A DNA stretch of 64,000 nucleotides, taken from Octopus sinensis. Lineage: Eukaryota. Of this stretch, positions 1 to 12,644 are shown piece by piece; positions within the stretch are counted from its first letter, which is position 1; every line of letters begins with the position of its first letter. The DNA is taken from positions 64,852,001 through 64,916,000 of the forward strand of contig NC_043008.1 of NCBI RefSeq assembly GCF_006345805.1. Reading direction: 5' to 3'. The notes under the pieces were generated by a model that was given only the letters and a program-made list of their open reading frames with translations, was not told where the DNA came from and made no database searches. The translations under genes and the position numbers were made by a program.

Positions 1-134
1 TCTTTCTCTCTCTCTTTCTTTCTGTCTCTTTAACACACACACACACACACACATAAATATATATATAGTCAAAGAGCGTAGACACACAGACACACACACA
101 CAAAAGCACAGACATACACACGTATAACTATATG

Positions 135-1320
135 CCATTTGCTCGGGATAAATTTCACGGTTTACATAAAAAGGAATGAAAACAATATTCCAGCCAAACC
201 TACAGGTATTTAAAAACAAAATTTAAAAATATCAAATAGATTGTTGCTGAAGGATAACAATTTACTCTAAGTAGCTACCCTCAACCTTCATCAAGGCCTC
301 AAGATGACTCGGACCTTGCTCGTACATTCCTCACTGGGTCTCCGGGAAAATTCTGGAAGATCTTTATCTTGACCACCAGTTCTGCCTTGTGTTGCATGTA
401 CAGCTATTAGTGTCTTTCTCAGCCACATCCCATAATAGCAATACACGGGATTAAAATCGAGGAAATTGGGGCTGGTGAACTCGTAGAAATACTCTGAGAA
501 GGCAGGCGAGCTGGCAGAAATGTTAGCGCGCCGGGCGAAATGATTTACGGTATTTCGTCTGCCGTTACGTTTTGAGTACAAATTCCGCCGAGGTCGACTT
601 TGCCTTTCATCCTTTCGGGGTCGATTAAATAAGTACGAATTACGCACTAGGGTCGATGTAATCGACTTAATCCGTTTGTCTGTCCTTTTTGGTTCTCTCT
701 GTGTTTAGACCCTTGTGGGTAGTAAAGAAATAGGTATTTCGTGTGTCTTTACGTTGTGAGTTCAAATTCCGCCGATGTAGACTTTGCCTTTCATCCTTTC
801 GGGGTCGATAAATTAAGTACCAGTTACGCACCGGGGTCGATGTAACCGACTTAATCCCTTTGTCTGTCCTTGTTTGTCCCATCTATGTTTAGCCCCTTGT
901 GGGCAATAAAGAAATAAGAAATACTCTGAGAAGCACACCTGATTCTTTCCAGAGGAATGGACCAGGTGCTGAATTCTGCTGCCAATTATAAATTCTTGAA
1001 CAGCAACACTCTTTAACCAGACATTGATTATGTTATCCAGCAGCTTCACATAACCATCTGAACTGAGCCTAAGGCACTGTTCAAATATGTTGGTATGAAT
1101 TCCGGCGTGTTGATGCAGTTGGAACGTCTAACATATCCTTTCCTGCCAGTCACAGCTTCGTAATCTTCGTGGCAACTACCCACGTCACGTCGTACCGCCT
1201 TCATACTGTTCGCAAAGAATTGAACGGGGATTATTATGTCGGAATTTCGATACCCAGCACCAATGATCATGATACTGGTAGCTTCTTTCCAATAATCAAA
1301 TGGATTCCAGTCCTCCAAGT
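135..1320 (-). mobile_element. Tc1/mariner-superfamily (maT/DD37D-like) transposase relic, split by a SINE
   Basis: Frameshifted minus-strand peptides DGYVKLLDNIINVWLKSVA, WQQNSAP, SE(Y)FYEFTSPNF, LDFNP and a C-terminus LMKVEGSYLE* (stop 262-264) match maT-type transposase motifs. A degenerate TIR-like end lies near 135-160. Confidence 0.8.
502..916 (+). mobile_element. tRNA-derived SINE (family B), head-to-tail dimer
   Basis: tRNA-like head (ggcgagctggcagaa...gagt(a/t)caaattccgccga). The body occurs twice (about 553-733 and 734-916). Flanked by an exact 17-bp TSD AGAAATACTCTGAGAAG at 485-501 and 917-933. Confidence 0.85.
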
Positions 1321-1629
1321 CAAATTATTATTCTGAACTACAACGTTTAATCATAATATTCACCAACTTAAAGCTTTTCCTTTAAAAAGGAGACATAAAC
1401 ATGGCCAGACTAAGACCTAACTCCTTGTATAGAATCACAAAGTGTGCATAACATAACATGATAGACAAATGGAGAGTTAGTGGAAACTTAATCTTACAAA
1501 GTATTGAGACAGCTACATATGGTTTATAACACATATGCATATCTTAGCATTTGCCTTAATCTCCCTCCCTCTCACTTTCTCTCTCTTTCCTTCTCTCCCC
1601 TTCTCTCTCAAAACACTCACAAACACGCA

Positions 1630-1868
<239 letters not shown>

Positions 1869-2839
1869 AACAACTGAAAGAGTAAAGGAACGAGAAATTG
1901 AGAGATGCAGAAATATACTTATATTTCTAACAATATATAATGTATTATTCAGTACGCTGTTGGTAACATTTATTATGTACATTAATTTAAAATTGTTCTA
2001 CGTGAGGAAATGGAAAGTAAAGTATGTAAGGAGAATTCAAGGTATATGCAGTGTATATGCATGAAATATTACTTAGTCACATTTACCATCTGTTATGTAA
2101 TTTATGCAAATATGTGTAGCGCTGTATAATGACGGCTGTTGAATCTCATCAATGCATTACAGTGGTTAGGATAATTCTTACAATATTCAATAAAATAGTT
2201 ACAGGTTATAATCTGCATAGCATGAAGAAGGTAAAATGATAATCTGATTATATAATGTCTTTATACGGATAATCACATTATACGGATAATCACATATATT
2301 TCGGTATGTTTAGTTACTAATCCAGCAGACGGATATTATGTCATTTTCGCTTTCATTTTTTTTGTCTTCGTGACACAATCCTATAATTTCATATTATATA
2401 AAAGATGGCAGCGTAATCACGCAGGTCTCTCTACCTACTCCTGAGATCCAGAATTGTCATATACTTTTTCAGCAATGCTTCATTCATTTTCCTTCCTATC
2501 ACTTCTTACACTGTAACATAAGCACTCTATAAAGGCTACGTAGGTACTCTTTATTTTCTGCACCATTTTTATTTTCGCAATATTCTTTAATGTTTAATTA
2601 TCTAGAATATGCAAAGCATCGACAAAGGCACAGGGTATCCCTTTGTGCCGAAAGCGAGGAATACGTATGGTGCATATATTCATACATACATATATACATA
2701 CATATATACATACATATATGTATGTATATATATACATATATACATGCATATATACATACATATATGTATGTATGTTTTTATGTATATTTTAACACTAAAT
2801 AGTTGTGCTATATAAGGAGCATAATTCTCCGTATTTGTT

Positions 2840-2861
2840 ATATATATATATATATATATAC

Positions 2862-2913
<52 letters not shown>

Positions 2914-2941
2914 GTAGGTAGGTAGGTAGATAGATAGATAA

Positions 2942-3018
<77 letters not shown>
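2840..3018. repeat. (TA)n + (TAGA)n microsatellite
   Basis: Direct reading. Confidence 0.95.
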
Positions 3019-4035
3019 GAGATATATCCATATATATCGTATATGTATATATACATATATATGCATCTTTCTATATACATATATGAATGTGTTTTTTGTG
3101 AATGTGTGTGTGTACAAATATTTATCTCAGAATCTTAAGTTTAGCTATTCATGTAAATATCTCTGCGTGTCTGTCTGCATGTCTGGATATCTTTCTCACT
3201 ACCTATCTCTTAATGTATCTCAGATGTCCGTATATTTCATGACGCATTTATCAAGTCAATGTAATACAACTTCAGTTTTGTGTTACTATATGAGTTTTAC
3301 AACATTGCTCCTCAGCACTTAGTTTATATATCTATTCTCTATGTCTTTCTTTCTTTCATAGCACATACGCTCTCCCATTATGAACTTTCTGCTTGTCACA
3401 ATTTCTTCTCTATCGTTAAAAATCTTTACAAACATACTTTGTATTAATTTCCCATTGCATTCATGACATATTAGCTATCATCTCAATATCTCCATTTACA
3501 TTTGTGTAGTTTTATCTAACCCAGTTTAAATGTTTTCTGCTTCCCAAATTCCACACCCTCTTTCTCTCTTCAGTAATTATTAATTACATTATATACACAC
3601 GTTCAATCAATGAACCAAGCGATCAATCACTCAGTCAATTTATTAAGTTATCTATCAATCATATATAATCAATCTATCAATTTATCAACAAATTTTAGCT
3701 CATTCTTACTGGATATCGCAGCAACATACATTAATCGCCATTCTTTGAAACTGTTAAATGTCTTCATAGCTGAATAGACTACGTGCTTTTTAATGGCATT
3801 CCATACGAAAAATAAATAATAATATGCGAAATTTAATGTGGCGAGTGATGCGAAATACAAACATTATTCAATGAAATGTATTATACGTAACGTTTGCTTT
3901 ATATTTTTTAGTAAAACTCTGAAGGGTGTTTCCGAATTGAATTATTTTACTGAGACTGAATTTCTTACATTTTAATCTCCTTAAATCCTGATAAATACTA
4001 TTAAAGTAAAATCTAATTTTCTTTTATAAATCGTT

Positions 4036-4071
<36 letters not shown>

Positions 4072-4096
4072 ATTATATATATATATATATATACAT

Positions 4097-4156
<60 letters not shown>

Positions 4157-4730
4157 GATTACTCTCATTAGCATTTTAGAAATATAAATTGAGGAAAACT
4201 TGTAAACATGGTGGGTAGAAAGAGACAGATTTCAAAGCTGGAAATACACACACACACACGCACGCACACACACACACACACACACACCGTTTGAAATCAT
4301 TCATTTCTAGTTGTTAAAACAAAACTGCATTTAATTACTTCAAGATGTAATTTTCAGTAATGTTTGTTCGGTACAAATATATTAATGTACAATTCTCATT
4401 CTAAATAATTGTTTTAGAGTTCACTCACCTTTTTTTATTAAAGAATGCATGTAATTTTCATATGTCTACATAGGTCTATGCGTGTATGCATATGTAAGTA
4501 TATATATATGCTTTCGAACGCGGATAGAAAAGCGTTCTTTTTTGCGAAGGCATATATGCCACTTTATTAGACTATTTTTCTTAGTCATTGCACGGTGATC
4601 GCCATAAACTTTGAAGATTATATAGAAATACCATTATCAATATATATAACATATACACATCATATATGTGTGTGTGAGTGTGTGTGTGTGTATGTGTGTG
4701 TCGAAGGTTGAAAAGGAACACACAAGTTGA

Positions 4731-5009
4731 TATATATGGAAAAAAGTCAAGATAGAAAATGCTAAAATAATTTTATAAAAAAATTTCAGTACCGGTTTGA
4801 GTCATTGAGACTTTATGAACTGTATGGAAAATAATTAAATTTTGGAAAAATTAAAAGAAAAGTTTTTTAAAAGAATATTTGCACAGTGTGCAAATACAAG
4901 TGGCATTTTCCTTGTTTCTGGCTGTTTCCCCCTCTCTCACTTGTTTACTTTTGTGGGTTCGAGGTCGTTGGGAATTCTTGGTAGGGAAGAATCTCTACCA
5001 AGAATTCAC

Positions 5010-5056
<47 letters not shown>

Positions 5057-5252
5057 GAGAAAAACAGGCAGAAACTAGGAAAATGCCACTTGTATTTGAA
5101 CACTATGCAAATATTCTTTTGAAAAACTTTTCTTTTAATTTTTCCAAAATTTAATTATTTTCCATACTTACAGTTGAAAAAGTCTGAATAACTGAAACCG
5201 GTAATTTTTTTTTATAAAATTATATTAGCATTTTCTATCCTGACTTTTTTCC

Positions 5253-5260
<8 letters not shown>
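4731..5260. repeat. Fold-back inverted repeat with arms of about 200 bp (Penelope pseudo-LTR-like)
   Basis: 4731-4938 is the reverse complement of about 5050-5260 (e.g. CAAATACAAGTGGCATTTTCCT / AGGAAAATGCCACTTGTATTTG). A hammerhead-like core lies at 5171-5203. Confidence 0.85.
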
Positions 5261-5282
<22 letters not shown>

Positions 5283-5288
<6 letters not shown>

Positions 5289-5823
5289 AGGGTGCACGAG
5301 GCGAGTACCTGATAGAAATAGGACTTAAAACCCCTAAGTAAACTACCAATAACATTGAAAAATAAAGCAGGAGACAACAGTATTCGGGCGAACGGGTGAA
5401 GACTTTAGACATACCATCACAGCTAAATGCCATATTTTGGATACTCTTGTATCATGATTTCGAGTTCTGGCGAAAAACCCTCAACTCTCATCAACAATAT
5501 TTACCAAGTGAACATATTCAAACTCGTCACGTTGAAGTCTGCCGGCGTTCTGAAGTGTTTGGTGCCAAAATCAGAACAGCTTCAATGTAAATATTTTAAT
5601 AAGGAGTACATATTCAAATGCGAATATTTTTATAAATATTATTATTGTTATTATCAGATGTGGTAACAGAAGATATAGCATTCAGCTGTGAAGGTACGTC
5701 TAAATTCTTTACCCGTTCGCCCGATAATGTTGTTTCCTGCTGTATTTGTCAGTGTTATTTGTGGTTTACTTGGGGTTTTAACTCCTATTTCTAGCAGGTT
5801 AGCACCTCGTGTGCCCTTTTGAT
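5283..5823. repeat. Fold-back inverted repeat with arms of about 155 bp
   Basis: 5283-5437 and 5668-5823 are inverted copies (TCGGGCGAACGGGT / ACCCGTTCGCCCGA), about 80% identical by eye. Confidence 0.85.
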
Positions 5824-6512
5824 AAATATAAGCTATAATTCTATAACTATCTACAACTGTTTAATGCCTGCAACTACCTATATCATTGTTATTATTACAT
5901 GCACACATGTATATAGTTAAATTACTATTTACTTTGTAGAAACAGAAAGAAAACTAACAGCCAGAAAAATGACAGAGGGAAAATAAGACGCATAAGAGGA
6001 AAATAAAGGATTCAATTACTAATAGGATATAAGTGAAGGTATATGGCGCTAGAATGAAAGAGAGGAAATTCCTAGAAGTTATTGTGCGGAAGCGATAGAA
6101 AGAAGTGAACCTGTTCGGAAGAAGAATTTAATTAATGTCAAAATAAGTGTTATCAAGATCGTTCAGGGTAGACAAATTAGATAACATGGAAATAGGATAA
6201 AAAGTAGCAACGGAAGAGCATAAAAATGCGCGTGAAATAGAAGAGAGCATGTTTGAATTATGACTAGTATGTAGCTTGACTGTTATTTTCATTTATTTAT
6301 ATCATGCACGCTTGAAACACCGAATTTCCAGACACTATGACCGGGAACCTTGTATAATCTGCATTGATTTTCTCTAATGTACAAGTAACACTTGTTCATT
6401 TAAGTATTTTTAAGGAGATGTACTTGCATAGCAAGTGACCTGATCTGAGATCGCTGGAACGAAAACAATTGCAGCATGCAAAATGTTTATAAGACAAAAT
6501 TCCGTGCTGCAT

Positions 6513-6553
6513 TCAGAAGCAGCACGAAGTTTTGTCAGTGAACAGGTCGCGGT
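6513..6553 (-). CDS. Putative last coding exon of an unidentified minus-strand gene ((Y)RDLFTDKTSCCF*)
   Basis: Acceptor tttttatcgctttcag; phase-1 start compatible with the 9592-9601 micro-exon; TGA at 6513-6515. Confidence 0.35.
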
Positions 6554-6989
6554 CTGAAAGCGATAAAAATATTTTGGGAAATTAAATTTAAATGTTGAAG
6601 TGAATTTAACGGTTTTTGTGTGTTTCTTAAATGGCTTATAAACACCTTCCATGCTGCAATTATTTAATCATTTAATATTTGTTAAATTTAGAGTATGCTG
6701 GCCAAGGTGATCACCCCTGGTTAGAAAAATCAATAATCGTGAAAGAGTTGGGGACCAAAATTCCGGTAAATCGAAGTCCTAACTGCAAATTTGTGTGCGC
6801 GTATGTATGTGTGCGTGAATGTATGTGTGCTAGTATGGTGCGTGCGTGTGCGTGTGTGTGTGTATGTATGCACGCAAATACGAAGGTTAGTCTAAATGTT
6901 ATGCAATTCCTTTTATATTAAAAAAAAGAACAATAAGGAACACAATCGAACATATCTTACACCAAAATATAGCTATATATTACAGATTC

Positions 6990-8180
6990 AGATCCCTAGT
7001 TCTCAGCATAGTCATCACTTCTTTTAATGGCAGTGTTCTACATACGAATGAGGGCATGTATCCCAGCTTCGTAAATGCCAGGTGGCTGCTTATTTAGCCA
7101 ACAACTAACAGCATTTTTCACTTCTCCGCAAGCATAATGTTTGCAGCTCAGCTCCTCTTTTATGAGACCAAAGAGAAGGAAGTCTTAGGGAGGATGCGAC
7201 ACGCGAGTGAGGTGATTGCTTCCCTTGTTAAGAGACTTGAGTGAAGCCTTTGCCGTTTCAAGAGGGCCATTCTTCATCTCCAAATTAAGTCTTACTCGGC
7301 AGTTCTTGCTTTAAGACTTTTAAAGGTGTTCTTAGTGCATGCTTCAGAGTTGACAATTCACCACTTGACACCAAATTGACATAGAACCTTGAGCATTCAA
7401 AAGATAGTCACCAAGATTTTTGCAGCTGAGTTTTCTGCTTTGAAATCCTTTGTATTTGAATACGTCTGATGGCACCATTCCATTGATTGTCTTTTTGGTT
7501 TTTGTTCATAGCTGAATCCAAGATTCAGCACCACTTATGAGCCTTTGAAAGATGGCGTCTTTTTCATTGAGTTCAAAGTGTTCGGTGCAACAATTAACAC
7601 TTTCTGGTCTCTGATAATCTCTGAGTTGGTTCGGTATCCAGAAAGCACAATCTTTTGAAATTACACGTGGCTCGATATTATCATGAACATTTTCATGCCT
7701 AACTACAGTTTCTGGTATCAGCTTATAGTTAGTTATATGATTACCAGCTCAAAAGCGTCTGCTTTTTCTTTGCTGGCAGTGTTAACACAAGTTGACAGGC
7801 GTTCACTACATGGTATGTCTGCTAAGGTTGAATTATCCAATTCGTTTTGTTTTCTTGAATTCTCATTCAGACCGCTCACTCATCTCCACACATTGCAAGT
7901 CTAAAGCTTTATTTTTGTAAGCACGCTTCAGATTTTTTGAATGTTTACCGGAATCTCTCCTAAGGCAACAAAAAACTCAATTACTTTCCTTTACATCTGT
8001 CGGGCTTCCAGCAGGGCAGTCATTTTGATGTCGGCTCATTTATTCAAACTGTCAAAGTTAGGTAATTAAAGATCAAAAGTATACACCGTTACATCCGAAG
8101 CATATATATCAACTAACTCCGTTGAAAAAATCGCGCCACTTATGAGAAATATCACGTTACTTTTCGACACACTCAAAAAT
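6990..8180 (-). mobile_element. Mariner transposase relic (pseudogenised)
   Basis: HPP*DFLLFGLIKEELSCKHYACGEVKNAVSCWLNKQPPGIYEAGIHALIRM*NTAIKRSDDYAEN* is a mariner C-terminus. KDCAFWIPNQL resembles the WVPxxL motif. TIR-like ttacttttcgacaca near 8157. Confidence 0.8.
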
Positions 8181-8458
8181 GCATTGCTATTTAAATTTAA
8201 TGTGCTCGACAAACAGCGAGTGTTTAGAGTTCCATGCGCATTTGCATATATCTGAAGGCACATTCTGCAGAATTGCCTTTCGTTGCACTCTAAAGTTGGT
8301 CACAACTCAGAGTGCATACAGAAAGCCAAAGAAAATAGCAGAATATTTTTCATAAACTTAGTTGGGTCATGTAAGCAATTTATGAACAAATACTCTTGTT
8401 TGTTTTAATTCATACGCAGATACGCACTCTCATACACACACATATATGTATGTGTGTG

Positions 8459-8490
<32 letters not shown>

Positions 8491-8789
8491 TGTATGTATG
8501 TATGTATTATGTATGTATGTACATAATATGCTTGTGAATATTGTTATATATTTTATTAAGAAACAAGTGCAAGGTGATAAGCTCAACAAAGTGCATTTAA
8601 TTCTAACCTCTGCTGTCTAATTGTTACCATTCAGAAATATTGAAAGAGTACATTCAAAATTATCGAGGAAAATCAATTTCTTTCCATTCACAACAACAAA
8701 AGCATTTTGAATTAAAATTCTCTGCTATTGACGTTAATTTTTTATGTATCAGAGTGTATATTTTTTCTTTATGTGTCTCCCTACTGCTC

Positions 8790-8803
8790 TATCTATCTAT
8801 CTG

Positions 8804-8885
<82 letters not shown>

Positions 8886-8975
8886 AATCAATCTATCTAT
8901 CAATCTGTCTGTCTGTCTGTATGTCTGTATGTCTGTATGTCTGTCTATCTATCTATTTATCTATCTATCTATCTA
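8790..8975. repeat. (TCTA)n microsatellite
   Basis: Direct reading. Confidence 0.95.
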
Positions 8976-9309
8976 ATGATGTATCTATTTACATGTACGT
9001 ACATGTGTGCCTGTATATAAGTGTGTGAGTGTGTTTGCATGTATATACACAGATAAGTAATTATATCAATATATACATACATATATGTAATATATATATA
9101 TATATATATATATACATACAAATATGTACATATGTATATATGATAGATAGATAAGGCGATAGATAGATAATAAATAGATACATAGATAGATTGACAGCTA
9201 GATACATAGATAGTTTGATAGATAGAGACAGATAGATAGATAGATAGATCGATAGATAATTGTCCATGATTGCTTTACTCCGAAAAAGAATATGCATTCT
9301 TATATAAGA

Positions 9310-9548
9310 TTGCTGAGACCCCCTTCAGACATGAATGACCATGGGATTGCAACTAGAAAGTTACCCTCCCAGGCACAAGTCCGGGCAAGGTTGTTTATGG
9401 AAGACAAGGGGCCGATACAGCTGAGTGAACTGGAGCAACGTGAAATAAAGTGTCTTGCTCAAGAACACAACCTGCAGCCCGGTCCAGTATTCGAACTCAC
9501 AACCTCGCGATCGTTAGCTCGATTCTCTAACCACTGAGCCATGCGCCT
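9310..9548 (-). mobile_element. tRNA-derived SINE (family C-related)
   Basis: Minus-strand head ggcgcatggctcagtggttaga...gttcgaatac (A and B boxes), then tgtgttcttgagcaagacactttatttcacgttgctccag, shared with the 23608 copy. Confidence 0.75.
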
Positions 9549-9591
9549 TTACTTATATAAGATAAAATAGCTATATTTTTATATATCTTAC

Positions 9592-9601
9592 ACTCATTTT
9601 T
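9592..9601 (-). CDS. Putative 10-nt micro-exon (KNE+1 nt)
   Basis: Strong acceptor ttgcctttctattacttgcacag and donor gtaaga; bridges phase 0 to phase 1 between the neighbouring candidate exons. Confidence 0.3.
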
Positions 9602-9699
9602 CTGTGCAAGTAATAGAAAGGCAAATGCAGCAAACACCAGATATAAGTGAATGCAACAGTTATGATAGGACTCTTAGCCATTGGAGACCAGAAGGAATT

Positions 9700-9938
9700 T
9701 TTAATCGAATGAATCGATCCCAGTACATATTTTCAGGCCGGTACTTATTCTATCAATCTGATTTGCTGAACTGCTGCTTTACGAGGACTTAAACACACGA
9801 ATACCGGTTATCAAGCCTTAGTGGGAGACAAACACAGACAAAAAGACACAGACGCGCTTGCACACACAAGCGTGCGCTACTAATAAGGCTCTAGTCGGCC
9901 CAAGGCTATAGCAGAAGACAGTGACACTGAATCCGGAA

Positions 9939-9940
<2 letters not shown>
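9700..9940 (-). mobile_element. Degenerate SINE family A fragment
   Basis: Diverged match to family A (gtacttattctatc...gacaaacacaga...ggtcggcccaaggctatag). Confidence 0.65.
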
Positions 9941-10036
<96 letters not shown>

Positions 10037-10153
10037 ACATATATACATATATACATATAGACAAGGATTCTAGATTATTTGTTGCATCTGCTTTACTTTA
10101 CATGAAGTATTGCGATTTTACGTTCACTTTCAAGTCTTTCTCTGATTATTTAC

Positions 10154-10266
10154 CTTGAAAGCACGCTCATGGTGTCCACGTAAGTTATGGCGGCGTTGCT
10201 CTTTCCAAAGTTTTATTTTCGTTTCTCTATTATAATTTTTTACTCGCGTCTCTATCTTAGTAGAAA
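10154..10266 (-). CDS. Putative internal coding exon ((L)STKIETRVKNYNRETKIKLWKEQRRHNLRGHHERAFK)
   Basis: 113 nt; acceptor atttctttatccatcag, donor AAG|gtaaat. Only one frame is open (phase 1 to 0). Non-repetitive, protein-like composition. Product not recognised. Confidence 0.45.
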
Positions 10267-10468
10267 CTGATGGATAAAGAAATCAAGCTACATAAACAAG
10301 TGGCAGTAAAACGTTCAGAAATTAAATAACTAGCATATTCAGTAACAATAATATATTTAATTTATCCTTGACAATTTTTAGTTTTGCCAATTTTGAATAT
10401 ATCTCCCCTGTTTAAAACCTCTTACCTGCTTGACAATTGCATTTCTAGCTCTGGCTTGAAAGAAGCTT

Positions 10469-10902
10469 GGATCTTTCCGGTTTAAACGGCAGTTTTTCCT
10501 AGCGGTGTCATATGAAATTGTCACCCATAATTATGACCCTAGTATCGATCTATTGCATTTCAATATGTTTTACGGTTAGGGTTAGGGTTAGCGTTAGGGT
10601 TAGGGGTGGGGGGAAGGGTATCTTTTTTTCTTCACAAATGTAAGTAAACCCAATCTGTTTCTTAAACGAGGGACATATTCATACGCCACAGAATGTTTTT
10701 ACCTCAATAGACGTCAGTGATTGGTTGAAATTGCAGAAATTGAAGAAAAAAAACAACAAATATCTTACAAACTATAGAATTTTCTCAATAAAGCCAAGAG
10801 AAAAAGATGTTTTATAAACACATTCTACCAGTATACGAAGTTTAAATTTTTTTAGTTACCTAGAAATTATGTTAAAAGCTGCCGTTCAAACCGAAAAGAT
10901 CC
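10469..10902. mobile_element. MITE with 29-bp GG-ended TIRs and an 8-bp TSD (Merlin-like), containing TTAGGG repeats
   Basis: TIRs GGATCTTTCCGGTTTAAACGGCAGTTTTT (10469-10497) and AAAAGCTGCCGTTCAAACCGAAAAGATCC (10874-10902), 3 mismatches. Exact TSD AGAAGCTT at 10461-10468 and 10903-10910. Confidence 0.85.
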
Positions 10903-10920
10903 AGAAGCTTTACTTCTTAG

Positions 10921-11195
10921 ACTCACGTTTTTGTGCGCAACGATGTTGTTAAACCTCCGTTAACGGTACCGTATGCAGGTCCTTTCCGTTTTCTTTCACG
11001 CACGGATAAATTTTTCACTATAGACCTTAGTGGTCATAAAGACACCATATCAGTGAATAGACTAAAATAAGACCATCATAGAGAAAACTGTCCCTGTTTC
11101 CACTGCAGACGACACACAGTCGTGAGAGCAGTCGAGTTTATTTCAGATATTCCCATTTTAAAAATCATCTCCGGTTAATCGTTGAGAGGATGTAG
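10921..11195 (+). mobile_element. Gypsy/Ty3 LTR-retrotransposon integrase C-terminal relic
   Basis: THVFVRNDVVKPPLTVPYAGPFRFLSRTDKFFTIDLSGHKDTISVNRLK* matches the GPY/F module of Gypsy integrases. A possible PPT-TG junction lies near 11185. Confidence 0.75.
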
Positions 11196-11740
11196 GTGTT
11201 GCCTTGCAGTGCTCTTGTTTTTTATTATTATGTTTATAAATTATTAATATTAAACTGACGGATTGTTCAATAATTTTTAATAAAATACCTAGCTTTCAAT
11301 TGTTTCAAGAAACAATTAAATAGGGATTTTGCTGTGTTGGCCTCCTACCTGTCATCATTGGCAGCTACGAAGCTGAGAATTCTAAGACATTGCAACCAAA
11401 ATTTTTCTTGAAGAAATTTATAGATATATATATATATGTTCACCTGTATATATGCATGTTTGTGCGTGCTTCAGAGTATGTGTGTGTGTAAGACAGATAT
11501 GTATTAAACAATATGCAATAATATAATATTCCATTGTCTGTGAAGGAAATTTAATTCCATTCGCTTTACAATAAATTAATTGTAAGTATTTATCTAAAAA
11601 GCTCAGAAAATAGTTTAATTCATATGATTAAATTTGAATATCATTTCGTCTAATCTTATATTCAATAATATGCTACGTGCAATATATGTGTATCTCTATT
11701 TCATGATTCTATTCCTATCACGAAAATATGTAGTACATAC

Positions 11741-11791
11741 GAGCTAAATAATTTAAGCAATGACTAATGCATTTACGGTCAATGTTCATCA
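11741..11791 (-). CDS. Putative 51-nt exon ((L)MNIDRKCISHCLNYLA)
   Basis: Acceptor ttaatgttatttcag, donor gtatgt; symmetric phase 1-1 and open in the frame set by its neighbours. Confidence 0.33.
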
Positions 11792-12598
11792 CTGAAATAA
11801 CATTAAGTTGGTCAATGATACCAAAATTCTACCATATAACTACTACAACTTCACACACACACATAACGTTTGTACGACGTACATTTTCCAAGTCTTTCAG
11901 AATTTTTAGGAGAGGTCATTATAACTGTCTTAGATTATTCTAATTTTGATATATTATTACTATAATCAAATAAGCAGAACTGCCAATATTTGTTATTCCA
12001 GATAGAACGAGATGGCTGTAATAGCTCTAGGAACATATCTTACTAAATAATACTTGCCACAGTTGGCTATCTTGGAGAATGCTGTCGGGACGTTTGGAAG
12101 TTCGCTATGCAATGCATATTTGTGTTAACCTGGGTAAAAATGCTCACAGGAATTCATGAAATACATCAAAGTGATTACGGATTAGATTGTATGAGGTGAG
12201 AATTTCTTTGTCGCTAGCACAAGAGGGTCAAGTACGTTAGAGAGGAGGTGAGAGTCAATAAGATGTATAGGAGTGAAGGAGGCATCATGAAATCAGAACC
12301 GAATGAGAAAATTCTGTAACAGATCAGTAAACTATGTATCTGTGTGTGCGTGCGTGCCTATGTGTGTGTGTTAGTGTGTTTGTGTAAGTATATTTTATCT
12401 TTTATTTGTTTCCTTCGACTTCGGTCATGCTGGGGCACAACCTATATATATTAAGACGGATAAACATAAATAGGCTTAATGTGTGTATATACATGAATTA
12501 CCGAATACGGAGTACGGAAAATAAAGTATCGGGAAGGAGATATGTTTTATCTTGGCAGCTGTTTCGGTTAGTCTAAGGATTGTGCCGTAACCACTTAC

Positions 12599-12644
12599 GT
12601 ACATAGAATCCGTTTGGCATAGCCAGACCACAGCTGTCAGCCTC
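12599..12644 (-). CDS. Putative 46-nt exon (EADSCGLAMPNGFYV)
   Basis: Donor gtaagt, acceptor cctgttaaatag (moderate); GC-richer than its flanks; phase 0 to 1. Confidence 0.38.

Noticed and set aside
10574-10606. TTAGGG tract as a true or fused telomere
   Set aside because: Only about 5 units, and it lies inside a TIR- and TSD-bounded MITE.
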